NCBI GenBank assembly: GCA_038733315.1
Contig: JAVYPJ010000002.1
Coordinates: forward strand, 32,001 to 96,000
Direction of reading: 5' to 3'
Length of the DNA stretch: 64,000 nt
Origin: Candidatus Aenigmatarchaeota archaeon
GTDB lineage: Archaea > Aenigmatarchaeota > Aenigmatarchaeia > CG10238-14 > SpSt-28
Shown: one piece after another, positions 1-9,795 of the stretch
Layout: each line of letters starts with the position of its first letter
Position numbering within the stretch: position 1 is the first letter of the stretch
The notes under the pieces: generated by a model
Seen by the model: only the letters and a program-made list of their open reading frames with translations
Told to the model about the DNA's origin: nothing
Databases searched by the model: none
Made by a program: the position numbers and the translations under genes

Positions 1-1
1 A

Positions 2-265
2 GAGGTTCTAGTAACAAACGTCGGAACTACAACAATTCCAGCTAGTGATATTAAGGTCTTTGTTGGAGGTAATTTAATTCAGAGTATAGAGATTAAGCAA
101 GAAGATAAGCAGAATAATATACCAAATAATAATATAGATCCTGGTATGTCTTTCTGGGTTTTAATTAATGATGTAGGTGGGGGTAATGCACCGAAAGCAG
201 GAAAAACATATAGAGGTCAGGTGGTTTACGCAGGAAAAGCAGTAGATTTTATAATTTATTGTTAA
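2..265 (+). CDS. C-terminal part of a probable archaeal type IV pilin-like protein (5' end outside window)
   Basis: Open frame from window start: EVLVTNVGTTTIPASDIKVFVGG...IDPG...YRGQVVYAG..., stop TAA 263-265; V-x-N-x-G and PG pattern of archaeal pilin globular domains. Confidence 0.55.
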   Translation, partial: EVLVTNVGTTTIPASDIKVFVGGNLIQSIEIKQEDKQNNIPNNNIDPGMSFWVLINDVGGGNAPKAGKTYRGQVVYAGKAVDFIIYC

Positions 266-904
266 TCATAAGTCTTACAACTCCTCCTTATTTTACATTT
301 TTTACATAAAGGTTTCTTAGGTAAGCAAATTGTTTGTCCATAACTAACAAGAATTTTATTGTATCTACTTTTTAAATTCTTCGAAATTATTTTTTCTAGT
401 ATTTCTTCACTTTCCTTTAAATTTTTTGTTCTAATAATTCCTATTCTGTTCGAAATTCTATGTACATGCGTGTCGACAGCAATGCAAGGAATATTAAAGA
501 CTTCGCTTAAAATAACTTTTGCAACCTTATTGCCTATGCCAGGTAATTTAGTTAACTCTTTTAAATCTTCAGGAATTTTCCCTCCATATTTCTCAATAAT
601 TTCTCTGGCAAGTTTTTTCAAAATCTTAGCCTTATTTCTATAAAATCCTATTCCATAAACAATCTTTTCAAGTTCTTTCAAATCAATTTCAACCAAATCC
701 TTCCAATTTTTAACTCTTCTAAACAACTTTCTACAAACTTCAATTGTTATTTTATCTTTTGTTCTTGTACTTAAAACAGCAAAAACAACAATTTTAAACG
801 CATCGTTATCAACAACCTTTTCTTTTTGAAATACAGGAGCTTTAAGTCTTTTAGCCTCTTTTTCCATTATTTCAAGAATTTTTTCCAATTTCTTAATATC
901 CATA
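262..904 (-). CDS. nth: Endonuclease III (HhH-GPD glycosylase with 4Fe-4S cluster)
   Basis: LPGIGNKVA HhH motif, AVDTHVHRI, C-terminal C-x6-C-x2-C-x5-C; start placed at the second Met. Confidence 0.93.
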
Positions 905-973
905 AAAACGTTATGCTTACTATCTTTATTAATCATTAAAAAATATTTATAATCACCAATAGATAATAACTTT

Positions 974-1240
974 ATGACATTAGAAGATACACTACTATTA
1001 TGTAGCGAAAACTATTTAGAATTTAAGAAAAGTGCAGAAGAAGCTGTAAATAAAGATGAAAAAATTAAATACTATAAAAAAGCGTTGTTTTGGTTAGAGA
1101 CATATGTTGCCGCTATAAATATATTAATAGCTGAGAAAAATGCTAAAAGCGATGAAGAATTAGAAAAGGTTGAAAAAGCTAAAAAGGCTTTAATAAACAA
1201 ACTATCTAATTATTTAAATGAAATTGTTAAAGATTTATAA
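974..1240 (+). CDS. Hypothetical helical protein
   Basis: 88 aa ORF with normal codon usage, co-oriented with the HIT gene. Confidence 0.65.
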   Translation: MTLEDTLLLCSENYLEFKKSAEEAVNKDEKIKYYKKALFWLETYVAAINILIAEKNAKSDEELEKVEKAKKALINKLSNYLNEIVKDL

Positions 1241-1245
1241 TTTTT

Positions 1246-1593
1246 ATGTCTTGCATATTTTGTGAAATAATAGAGATAAAAAGACAAGCCGAAATAATAT
1301 ACGAAGACGAAAAAGTTTTAGTGTTTAAAGATATAAATCCGCAAGCACCAATACATCTTTTAATAATACCAAAGAAGCATATCTCAGGAATTCAAGAAAT
1401 AAAAGAAGAAGATATAGAAATTGTTGGCTACATGTTTTTTATAGCAAGAAAAATAGCAGAAGATTTAAAAATAAATAATTATGAAAGCGGATATAGACTA
1501 GTTTTTAACGTAGGTAAATATGCTGGCCAATCTATCTTTCATTTGCATTTGCATTTATTAGCTGGAAGAAGATTTATGTGGCCTCCAGGATAA
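1246..1593 (+). CDS. hinT: HIT family (HinT-like) nucleotide-binding protein
   Basis: CIFC start, DINPQAPIHLLIIPK, GQSIFHLHLHLL triad, WPPG end. Confidence 0.93.
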   Translation: MSCIFCEIIEIKRQAEIIYEDEKVLVFKDINPQAPIHLLIIPKKHISGIQEIKEEDIEIVGYMFFIARKIAEDLKINNYESGYRLVFNVGKYAGQSIFHLHLHLLAGRRFMWPPG

Positions 1594-1911
1594 TTTTTTT
1601 GGTTTATAAGGATATCTTTTTACATATCCGCATTTTAAGCAAGTAATATTTATAGTTTTATGATTCTTATTCAATCTAACTCTTGCGGTCTTTCCAATTA
1701 CCAAAGGAATAAAACATTTTTTGCAAAAATATTTTTTTAACCATTTTAACCTAAAATTTGTTTTTAGTGCAATTGTTCTAACAAGCTGCATATATTTTTT
1801 TGCAAGCTCTTCATCCCCTTCTTCCAATTTTTTAAAGGCCAAATCCAATAAAATTTCTATTCTTTCCTTTGCAATTTTTTTGTAAAATGTTTTTAGTTGT
1901 GCTCTTCTCAT
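1558..1911 (-). CDS. rnp4: RNase P protein component 4 (Rpp21)
   Basis: IAKERIEILL, CKKC...G...RVRL...CLKCG..KRYP zinc motifs. Confidence 0.92.
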   Translation of the reverse strand: MRRAQLKTFYKKIAKERIEILLDLAFKKLEEGDEELAKKYMQLVRTIALKTNFRLKWLKKYFCKKCFIPLVIGKTARVRLNKNHKTINITCLKCGYVKRYPYKPKKLSWRPHKSSSS

Positions 1912-1963
1912 AACATACCATAGACAATAGAAACCAATATTTAACTTTTGAATTCAAAATATT

Positions 1964-2365
1964 ATGGAAAGATTAGATATTAGAGAAATAGAGACTCAAA
2001 AAACACAATCAATAAGCGAAATTTTTGTTAGACAAATCTTAGAGAGAATAGATTTTATTGATGTTCTAATCTTAAAGAAGTTTTATTTAACTGGCAAAAA
2101 TTTTCCAAATGACGTTCAACCATATTGTTTCCCTTTTTTATATACCGAACTAAAAAATCAACATCAAATAAATTTAACCTTAGAAGGTTTGAGAAAAAGG
2201 TTAAATACCTTAGTTAACTTAGGATTGTTAAAAAAAGTAGAAAGAACAAATCCATCTGTTTATTTCCCAAAAGAAGATATGAAAGAGATTGCAAGAAGAA
2301 TAATTTTTAAATTCTTTGAAAGATATGGTTTCGAAAGCTTAATTAACGATTTAGTAAAAAAGTAG
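1964..2365 (+). CDS. Winged-helix DNA-binding protein, function unknown
   Basis: LTLEGLRKRLNTLVNLGLLKKV wHTH recognition helix and wing. Confidence 0.6.
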   Translation: MERLDIREIETQKTQSISEIFVRQILERIDFIDVLILKKFYLTGKNFPNDVQPYCFPFLYTELKNQHQINLTLEGLRKRLNTLVNLGLLKKVERTNPSVYFPKEDMKEIARRIIFKFFERYGFESLINDLVKK

Positions 2366-2366
2366 C

Positions 2367-2789
2367 ATGCATCTGAAAGTAAAGAAATTGAGTGAAAGCG
2401 CTAAGCTACCTGAAAGAAAAAGAATTGGCGATGCTGGCTTAGATTTATATTGCATAGAAAGTTTTGAAATTAATCCAAAAGAAATAAAATTAGTTTCTAC
2501 TGGAATAGCTGTAGAGATTCCTAAGGGATATGTCGGAATAATAAAAGATAGAAGTGGATTAGCAATTAAGGGCTTACATGTTTTAGCTGGGGTAGTTGAT
2601 GAAAATTATAGAGGAGAAGTTAAAGTAGTTTTAATAAATTTAGGCAACGAAAAGCTTTCAATAGAAAAAAATTCTAGAATAGCTCAGTTATTAATAATTC
2701 CATATTTAAATTGCGATGTTATAGAGGTTAACGAGCTAAGCGAAAGTAATAGAGGAGAAAAAGGATTCGGAAGCACCGGAATTGCTTAA
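2367..2789 (+). CDS. dut: dUTP diphosphatase
   Basis: DAGLDL, DRSGLA, GVVDENYRGEV, RIAQL, RGEKGFGSTG. Confidence 0.96.
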   Translation: MHLKVKKLSESAKLPERKRIGDAGLDLYCIESFEINPKEIKLVSTGIAVEIPKGYVGIIKDRSGLAIKGLHVLAGVVDENYRGEVKVVLINLGNEKLSIEKNSRIAQLLIIPYLNCDVIEVNELSESNRGEKGFGSTGIA

Positions 2790-2815
2790 ATATTTTTAAG
2801 CATTAATATCTTTAA

Positions 2816-2980
2816 ATGGTAATTGTTTGTACTTCGTGCAACAAAAAAATATCGATAGGAGAAAATTATAGCAAATTTTATTGCCCAAATTGTCAAGAGT
2901 TCGAAATTATAAGATGCAAGGCTTGTAAAAAATCCATAGTAACATATATTTGCCCAAATTGTGGATTTAAAGGTCCTTAA
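2816..2980 (+). CDS. Small Zn-ribbon protein (DUF1610/HVO_2753-like), absent from the ORF track
   Basis: Manual translation MVIVCTSCNKKISIGENYSKFYCPNCQEFEIIRCKACKKSIVTYICPNCGFKGP; usual position upstream of EF-1beta. Confidence 0.9.
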   Translation: MVIVCTSCNKKISIGENYSKFYCPNCQEFEIIRCKACKKSIVTYICPNCGFKGP

Positions 2981-3007
2981 TATTTATTTTTTATCCACTT
3001 AAATATA

Positions 3008-3250
3008 ATGGGGAAAGTAATAGTTACGATAAGAGTAATTCCTGAAAATGAAAGTCAAGAAAAAGAAGTAGTTGAAAAGGTAAAGCCTGAAAAGTACTAT
3101 AAAAAACCTTTTGTTTTTGGTGTAGAGGCATTGTATATAGAAAAGATTATAGGTGACGAAGCTGGTGAGATTGAAAAGGTTGAAAAAATTTTAAATGAAA
3201 TAGGAGTAAGCTATGAAATAGAAAACATTACAAGGATTTTTATTGATTAA
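3008..3250 (+). CDS. ef1b: Translation elongation factor aEF-1beta
   Basis: MGKVIVTIRVIPE, KPFVFGVEAL; synteny with the Zn-ribbon gene. Confidence 0.88.
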   Translation: MGKVIVTIRVIPENESQEKEVVEKVKPEKYYKKPFVFGVEALYIEKIIGDEAGEIEKVEKILNEIGVSYEIENITRIFID

Positions 3251-4001
3251 TTCAAAAATTACTTTTATGATAAGTAGAGACAAAAAATATTTATTTTTAG
3301 CTTTTGACCATTGCGTTGAGCATGGCGTTCACACATATGAAAACATAGATTTAAACCCAAAAAGAATTGTAAAAATAGCTGAAAAGGCTAAGGTAGATGC
3401 CATAATAGCTCATATAGGTTCAATTATTTTTTCTAAGCCAAAGATACCAATAATATTAAAGGTTACTGGAAAAACTGAATTGGTTGAAGATAATCATCAA
3501 ATCCAAACTATTTTTGTTTGTGAGGAAGAAATAGTAAGGTTAAAGAAAAAGTTTAAACTAATTGGTTTAGCAGCAACGATTTATGTTGGTTCAGATTTTG
3601 AAAGCAAAATGATAGAGAATTTTATAAAGATTAAAGAAATTGCATTAAAGAATAATCTAATTGTTACTGGATTTTTTTATCCAAGAACAAAGAAATTCGA
3701 TAGATATAGCTACGAAGCAATTTCCTATTCAGCTAGAGTTGGTTGTGAGTTAAATGCAGATATAATAAAAACTTACTATACTGGATCTATTGAAACTTTT
3801 AGGAAAGTTATTAAAAACTGTTTTAAACCAATAGTTGTGGCTGGAGGAAAGTTAATAGAGGAAGAAGAATTTTTAAAAATTGTAAAAGATGTTATGAAAG
3901 CTGGAGCTTCTGGAATAGCCGTTGGCAGAAACGTTTGGCAAAGAGAAGATAAAGAAGCAATAGAATTGCTTAAAGAGCTAAAAGAGATAGTTCACTCTTA
4001 A
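3243..4001 (+). CDS. Class I (DhnA-type) fructose-bisphosphate aldolase family
   Basis: LAFDHCVEHG, ELNADIIKTYY (Schiff-base Lys), VVAGG, GIAVGRNVWQ. Confidence 0.88.
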   Translation: MINSKITFMISRDKKYLFLAFDHCVEHGVHTYENIDLNPKRIVKIAEKAKVDAIIAHIGSIIFSKPKIPIILKVTGKTELVEDNHQIQTIFVCEEEIVRLKKKFKLIGLAATIYVGSDFESKMIENFIKIKEIALKNNLIVTGFFYPRTKKFDRYSYEAISYSARVGCELNADIIKTYYTGSIETFRKVIKNCFKPIVVAGGKLIEEEEFLKIVKDVMKAGASGIAVGRNVWQREDKEAIELLKELKEIVHS

Positions 4002-4002
4002 T

Positions 4003-4611
4003 ATGCTATTATCCGATAAAAAAATAAAAGAATATGTAAAGGAGGGAAAAATTATGATTACCCCTTTTGAAGAATCTCAGCTTGGACCATCTAGCTATGA
4101 TTTAAGGCTTGGATTTAAATTCAGAGTTTTTAGAAATATTGGAGACGCATATATAGATCCTAAGAGTTTTAATGACGAATTAATCAGTAAAGAAGAGAGT
4201 GAAGATAGCATTATTTACCATTACAAATATACAGATTTATTTCAATTAAAGAGTGAGAATTCTGTTTTTGTAATTCATCCATATGAATTTGTTTTAGCTT
4301 CAATATATGAATACATAAAACTAAGCGATAACATTGCAGCTCAAATTCAAGGAAGAAGCTCTTTTGCAAGATTAGGCTTAATAATTCATACTTCAGCAGG
4401 CTGGATAGATCCCGGATATTCTGGCTATTTAACGCTAGAAATGTTTAATGTAAACAAAAAACCAATAGTTTTAAGACCTCTAATGAAAATAGCTCAAATT
4501 TCTTTTTTCGAGGTTAATAGTGTGGAAGTTCCTTATTATAAAAGAAAAACATCTAAATATATGAATGAAGAAGGGGCAGAATCTTCAAAAATTTCAAAGG
4601 ATTTTGAATAA
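4003..4611 (+). CDS. dcd: dCTP deaminase
   Basis: MLLSD, PSSYDLRLG, GRSSFARLGL, AGWIDPGYSGYLTLE. Confidence 0.95.
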   Translation: MLLSDKKIKEYVKEGKIMITPFEESQLGPSSYDLRLGFKFRVFRNIGDAYIDPKSFNDELISKEESEDSIIYHYKYTDLFQLKSENSVFVIHPYEFVLASIYEYIKLSDNIAAQIQGRSSFARLGLIIHTSAGWIDPGYSGYLTLEMFNVNKKPIVLRPLMKIAQISFFEVNSVEVPYYKRKTSKYMNEEGAESSKISKDFE

Positions 4612-4838
4612 TGGTTAGGAAATGGAAAAAAGTTAATAATAAATGCATTGTATGTAATAAAGAAATAGCGAAAATAAAGCTAGAAAATGGAAAAGTCGAA
4701 ATTCTTGAAAAAACAAATTATTTTGGAAGTTTTGTTAAAGTTAAAGGAAGCGGAGAGCTAAGAGTAATTTGCAGGAATTGCCAAAAAAATTTGGATAAGC
4801 AAAAAAAGAAGTATTTAGAATTTATTAAAACAACTTAG
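4611..4838 (+). CDS. Small zinc-finger protein
   Basis: CIVC and CRNC pairs; abuts dcd. Confidence 0.6.
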   Translation: MVRKWKKVNNKCIVCNKEIAKIKLENGKVEILEKTNYFGSFVKVKGSGELRVICRNCQKNLDKQKKKYLEFIKTT

Positions 4839-5548
4839 ATTTTTAACCAAAGATCTAAAGCGCTAGATTTTTGCTGAAGTATATTTTTTAATTGAAACTC
4901 TATTTTTCCATCTGTACTAATACCTATTAAAGCATAATTCCCTTCTGAAAATTTTCCTGGATTAATTATCAAAGTATTTCCAAGCATGTCATATCCTCTA
5001 GCTTCTAATATATGAGAGCATATGGCTAAGTTTATTTTATTTTTTAAAATAAAGTTTCTAATCTCTTCACTACCAACATGACTGCCACTAACTAAATCCA
5101 ATCTAGTATCTTTTGGTGGCATATGAGTTACTAAAACTTTTATATCCACATTTTTAACCTTTTCGTATAAGCTATTTAAATAAACTTTGAACTCCTTTTC
5201 GCTTGGTTCGAGAGATGTAGATTTTATAGGAGTTCTTGCACCCCCATAGCCGAAAAAAGCAATGTTATCAAAAATAAAAAAATTATTATGAATAAATGTT
5301 GAATGTTTTCTAAAGACATCGAATATTTTACCATCATTATTCCCTGGAATTGTTATTATTGGCTTATTAACAATCTTAAACATTTCTAATATAGTTTCAG
5401 CGATAAACTCACTATCATCACTACTTCCGAGCAAATCTCCATTAAAAACTAAGCAATCAAAAGCTTCGTTTTCTGAAATCCATAGCAAAAAACTAAGGAT
5501 GTTTTCAGTTTCTGAATGAATATCTGCTATAGAAACAATTTTATGCAT
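4835..5548 (-). CDS. Calcineurin-like metallophosphoesterase
   Basis: ADIH, GDL, PGNND, THMPP, HVGS, SHILE, NPG. Confidence 0.88.
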   Translation of the reverse strand: MHKIVSIADIHSETENILSFLLWISENEAFDCLVFNGDLLGSSDDSEFIAETILEMFKIVNKPIITIPGNNDGKIFDVFRKHSTFIHNNFFIFDNIAFFGYGGARTPIKSTSLEPSEKEFKVYLNSLYEKVKNVDIKVLVTHMPPKDTRLDLVSGSHVGSEEIRNFILKNKINLAICSHILEARGYDMLGNTLIINPGKFSEGNYALIGISTDGKIEFQLKNILQQKSSALDLWLKI

Positions 5549-5580
5549 AATATTTTTAAATAAATTTTTAAATATTATCT

Positions 5581-6282
5581 ATGGGAAAAAGGCCAATAAT
5601 TAGAGCTAGGGGAAAAGGAGGGCCGAGATATTTAGCACCTTCTCATAGATTTTTCTGTAAATATACATATCCATTAATTTTTGAAAAAATGTATGGAAAA
5701 GTTATAGATATTGTTCATACAATTGAAAGGACAGCTCCAATAGCTATTGTTAAATTAAATAGTGGCCAAATATTCTATCAAATTGCTCCAGATGGTATTA
5801 AAACTGGTGATACAATTTCTATTAATGGTGAGCCAAGTATAGGCAGTGTTTTAATGCTAAAAGATATTCCAGATGGTTCAAAAATTTATGGCATAGAGAA
5901 GTTTCCAGGTAGCGGACCAAAGATTTGTAGAGCAGCTGGGAGTTGCGCAATTTTAATAGGCAAATCAGAGAAGGTTGCTAAAATTCAATTACCAAGCGGA
6001 AGAGTTATAGAATTGGATGTTAGATGTAGAGCGAGCATTGGAATGCCAGCTGGCTATGGAAGGCAAGAAAAGCCATTTCTAAAAGCTGGTAAAAAGTATT
6101 ATGCAATGAAAGCAAGGAATAAAAAATGGCCTATTGTTAGCGCTAGCAAAATGAATCCTGTAGACCATCCATGGGGAGGAAAAAGTAAAAGGCCAAAAAT
6201 TTCTAAACAAACATCTGCAAGAATGCCATTAAAAGTAGGTAGCGTAGGGCCAAAATATTGGAAAAAAAGAAAGAAAAAATAA
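5581..6282 (+). CDS. rpl2: 50S ribosomal protein uL2
   Basis: MGKRPIIRARGKGG, KPFLKAG, MNPVDHPWGG. Confidence 0.96.
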   Translation: MGKRPIIRARGKGGPRYLAPSHRFFCKYTYPLIFEKMYGKVIDIVHTIERTAPIAIVKLNSGQIFYQIAPDGIKTGDTISINGEPSIGSVLMLKDIPDGSKIYGIEKFPGSGPKICRAAGSCAILIGKSEKVAKIQLPSGRVIELDVRCRASIGMPAGYGRQEKPFLKAGKKYYAMKARNKKWPIVSASKMNPVDHPWGGKSKRPKISKQTSARMPLKVGSVGPKYWKKRKKK

Positions 6283-6302
6283 ATTATTTAACTTAATAAT
6301 TT

Positions 6303-7829
6303 ATGTCATACGGATTAAGAGAGGATATTTTAAATAGGTTAAAAACCTATAAAGAATTAAAAGAAAAAATTGAAGACCCTTTTCTTATAACAAAGTTTGA
6401 AATTTCGAATTCAGTAGAAGAAATAGTAAAAAAACAGGAAAATTTTTTAGATAAAAATGTAAGAGTTGCTGGAAGAATTTTGGCAATAAGAAGGCATGGA
6501 AGCTTAGTTTTTTATGATTTGTATGATAATGGCTTTAGAATTCAATTAGCTGTTACAAAAGACAAAACGAAAAATTTTGATTATGTAAAAGAATACATTC
6601 AAAGAGGAGATATAGTTGGTTGTGAGGGAATTGTTGGAAAAACTAAGAAAGGTGAGCTAACGATTTTTTGCAATGAAATAAAAATTTTAGCTAAGGCTCT
6701 ATTTACTTTACCCGATAAATGGTTCGGATTAGAAGATATAGAAGAAAGATATAGAAAGAGGCATATAGATGTTATATTAAATGAAAATGTAAGGAAAAAT
6801 TTTGAATTTAAGGTTAAAACAATTCAATTCCTTAGAAATTATTTAATAGATAGGGGCTATTTAGATTTTTCACTCGAAATTCCACTACTTCAACCTATAT
6901 ATGGAGGAGCCTATGCAAAACCTTTTATTACTTATATAAACGATTTAAAAGAAAACTGGTTTTTGAGCATAAGCCCTGAAATATACTTAAAAATACTAAT
7001 AATTTCTGGATTTAATAAGGTTTTTGCAATTACAAAGAATTTTAGAAATGAAAGTATAGATGTAACTCATAATCCAGAATTTATTGGATTTGAATGGTAT
7101 GAGGCATATGCAGATAGAGAAAGTAAGTTAAAAGAAATAGAAGAGATGGTATATTTAGTAGCGAAAGAAATCTTTGGTAAAACAACAATTAAAAGAAGAG
7201 TAGGTAATAAGGAGTACGAAATAGATTTAAAGCCGCCATGGAAAAGAGAAAAAATGGTTGACTTAATTGCTCAGTATGCTGGAATAGATGTAGAAAGTGC
7301 TAGTGATGAAAAAATAAAAGAATTTTTGGAAAAGAACAATATACAACTAAAAGTTAAAGAATATAATAGGGGATTAGCGATAGAAGAAATTTTTGGAAAT
7401 TTTGTAGAAAAAAATTTAATAGAGCCAATTTTTGTTTTGGATTATCCAATTGAAACCACTCCGCTTTGCAAACCTTTAAAAGATAATCCTAATTTTGTTG
7501 AAAGAGCAGAAGGTTATATCTTTGGAATGGAAATATCGAATGTTTACAGCGAGCTAAATAATCCAATAGTTCAAAATAAATTATTTTACGAGCAGTCGAA
7601 AATGAGAGAGCTTGGTTTTGATGAAGCGCATGAATACGATAAAAATTTTGTAGAAGCTGTTATGGTAGGCATGCCACCTGCTGGAGGAGCTGGTTTGGGA
7701 ATAGATAGAGTTTTAATGATTTTATTAGAATTATATAGTATTAAAGAGGTAATATATTGGCCAATACTAAAAAAGAGGAACGAAAGTGAAGCAGTAGACA
7801 TTTTAACTAAGGAAACAATTTTTAAATAG
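6303..7829 (+). CDS. lysS: Lysine--tRNA ligase, class II
   Basis: OB anticodon domain VAGRI, YGGAYAKPF, FRNESIDVTHNPEF, GMPPAGGAGLGIDR. Confidence 0.96.
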   Translation: MSYGLREDILNRLKTYKELKEKIEDPFLITKFEISNSVEEIVKKQENFLDKNVRVAGRILAIRRHGSLVFYDLYDNGFRIQLAVTKDKTKNFDYVKEYIQRGDIVGCEGIVGKTKKGELTIFCNEIKILAKALFTLPDKWFGLEDIEERYRKRHIDVILNENVRKNFEFKVKTIQFLRNYLIDRGYLDFSLEIPLLQPIYGGAYAKPFITYINDLKENWFLSISPEIYLKILIISGFNKVFAITKNFRNESIDVTHNPEFIGFEWYEAYADRESKLKEIEEMVYLVAKEIFGKTTIKRRVGNKEYEIDLKPPWKREKMVDLIAQYAGIDVESASDEKIKEFLEKNNIQLKVKEYNRGLAIEEIFGNFVEKNLIEPIFVLDYPIETTPLCKPLKDNPNFVERAEGYIFGMEISNVYSELNNPIVQNKLFYEQSKMRELGFDEAHEYDKNFVEAVMVGMPPAGGAGLGIDRVLMILLELYSIKEVIYWPILKKRNESEAVDILTKETIFK

Positions 7830-7847
7830 TAATGTTTTTTAGTTTAT

Positions 7848-8582
7848 ATGGTTGTTAATGGAGGAAAGAAAAAGTATGGTAGAGAGTTGTGGGATAAATA
7901 CTATAATGAATTATATTCTCTAAACAAAGCTTTAGAAGAATGTTTAAATTCATTTGTTAAGAATATTCTTGGTAAAGAAAACCATGTTAAAATCTCAAAG
8001 AAGTTTGACCTTTTTTCTTTTATACGATCTTTAAGAGTCGAGTCCAAAATAGAATGGCCAAGCGGAGAGGAAATAGTTAAACAATACTATGAATATAAAA
8101 AAGGGAATTGTAAAAAACTGGATTTTAGAGTTAGAACTTATTCCATAGACAGCAGGACTAAGGAAACGTATAATGTAACTTTATCTTATTTACCTGTTGT
8201 GATTTATGGAAGAGAAATATTTTTTCCAAGCTTTTATTCTCATACTTGTCATAGAACAGATTTCCATATAATTTCTTTTGGAGATAGGAGAATTATTTGC
8301 AAGCATGTTTACTCAGCTATGGATGAAGTTGCAAAAGAGGCTAAAAAATACAATATGCCCATAGACACAACTATACTACTTCCAAGCGATTTACCAAAAT
8401 ATTTTGAGGAAATACTTAGAATTATAGAAGATAAAAAAAGGTCAGTTTTAGATAGGCTAAAATATTCTTATTGTAAGCTTATCGGAGGTATCTATAATAG
8501 TTTTGACGATAAAAAAACAATAGATTTAGTTTGGAGTATTATAAGAATAAACAAAACTATAGAAAGACTGAGCATTAAATAA
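7848..8582 (+). CDS. Hypothetical protein with SWIM-like zinc finger
   Basis: YNVTL...HTC...DF...ICKHVYSA pattern. Confidence 0.5.
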   Translation: MVVNGGKKKYGRELWDKYYNELYSLNKALEECLNSFVKNILGKENHVKISKKFDLFSFIRSLRVESKIEWPSGEEIVKQYYEYKKGNCKKLDFRVRTYSIDSRTKETYNVTLSYLPVVIYGREIFFPSFYSHTCHRTDFHIISFGDRRIICKHVYSAMDEVAKEAKKYNMPIDTTILLPSDLPKYFEEILRIIEDKKRSVLDRLKYSYCKLIGGIYNSFDDKKTIDLVWSIIRINKTIERLSIK

Positions 8583-8593
8583 TTTTTAATTAT

Positions 8594-8668
8594 GCCTCCG
8601 TAGCTCAGCATGGATAGAGCGCCTGCCTCCTAAGCAGGAGGTCGCGGGTTCAAATCCCGCCGGAGGCA
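8594..8668 (+). tRNA. tRNA-Arg (CCT)
   Basis: GCCTCCG/CGGAGGC acceptor, CCTGC-CTCCTAA-GCAGG anticodon arm, GGTTCAAATCC T arm. Confidence 0.96.
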
Positions 8669-8688
8669 GCTACTAAATTTTTTAATTA

Positions 8689-9462
8689 CTAGTTATACAT
8701 AGCGTTAATAATTTTTTCTATTTCATTTGATTCGAAAAAGTTTGCTTGAGATGTAACATAATTTGGATTAATTTCTAAAGTAAAAAGTTTAAACCAATTT
8801 TCTAGATAGTTTTTATCCACTTCGACTTTCCTGAAAATAACTTCTGCTACGTTATACGAGAATTCTGGTAATTGAGGATTCGAACAGAAAATCATAAATT
8901 CTTTTCCATAGGTTCTATATTTATCCGACTCCTCAAATATAACTATATAACAGTCTAAATCACTATTTTCGTAAGTTTCGATTAAATCAATGTCAGGAAA
9001 CAGGCCTCTACATAAGTCTTTCAAACACTCGATATCAATCCTTTCGTTTGGAGTAAATTTTATTGAAAATGTATAAGGTAAACCCTTTTTCATACATTCC
9101 TCTATACAGGGTCTCAAAAAAATTTTATTATACAGCTCTGAAACGTAATCTGGTTTTAATTCCAAAGTCGCTGTGTTTGTATCTATCATTATTTTTTCTA
9201 GCCCATCATAAAGATTTTTGAATTTAATACCTTTGCCCGATACTTCATAGGAAGCTTTAAAAAAGTAGTGCTCTGTATAATTTTCCGTTACTACAATCCC
9301 TTTTTTTAAATCTGTTAGTTTTGCATCCCGATTGAAAACGTTCATTAAAGTTTTTTCGTTAGGAGTATGAGAATCGATAATTAAAACTTGGAAAGGGCTA
9401 TTTAAGGTTTCTGAGAGTTGTTCCTCTTCATATAACTTTTTTCTTAATTCTCTTTCGTACAT
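8689..9462 (-). CDS. Hypothetical protein
   Basis: 257 aa ORF, no recognised motif. Confidence 0.6.
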   Translation of the reverse strand: MYERELRKKLYEEEQLSETLNSPFQVLIIDSHTPNEKTLMNVFNRDAKLTDLKKGIVVTENYTEHYFFKASYEVSGKGIKFKNLYDGLEKIMIDTNTATLELKPDYVSELYNKIFLRPCIEECMKKGLPYTFSIKFTPNERIDIECLKDLCRGLFPDIDLIETYENSDLDCYIVIFEESDKYRTYGKEFMIFCSNPQLPEFSYNVAEVIFRKVEVDKNYLENWFKLFTLEINPNYVTSQANFFESNEIEKIINAMYN

Positions 9463-9515
9463 TATTAATTTACTACAAAAAGATTAAAATTTTGTTTTGG
9501 TCGATATTCAAATTC

Positions 9516-9795
9516 ATTTTTTGCTTCGAAGTATCAACCAAATAATATAAAAAAATTAAAGAAATATAAAATTATCCAAATTTTTATTTTTATGAGTTTC
9601 AGTAATAAAAATTCGAGCTTAAAAAAATTAATTTCTACATATGTAGCTACAGTTATTTTAGTTGTTTTAACAATAGGAATTGGAGTTACATTATATCTTT
9701 ATTTTTCTGGCTACGTTTCTTATTTAGAAACAAAAACCGAAGAAACCTCTCCAATAAAATCAATTATAGAATGTTCAAAGGCAAGAATAGATTTT
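9516..9795 (+). repeat. Direct repeat copy 1 (upstream region plus first 68 codons), shared with 63217-63479
   Basis: 204 coding nt differ at 8 positions from 63276-63479; upstream ttttgcttc.aagtat.aaccaaa.aatata also conserved. Confidence 0.9.

Noticed and set aside
8594..9462. Element integrated at tRNA-Arg (likewise tRNA-Lys)
   Set aside because: No integrase and no duplicated tRNA 3' end noticed in the window
9592..9795. Diversity-generating retroelement TR/VR pair with 63276-63479
   Set aside because: Mismatches are not adenine-specific (several C/T), lie in the N-terminus, and no reverse transcriptase is visible
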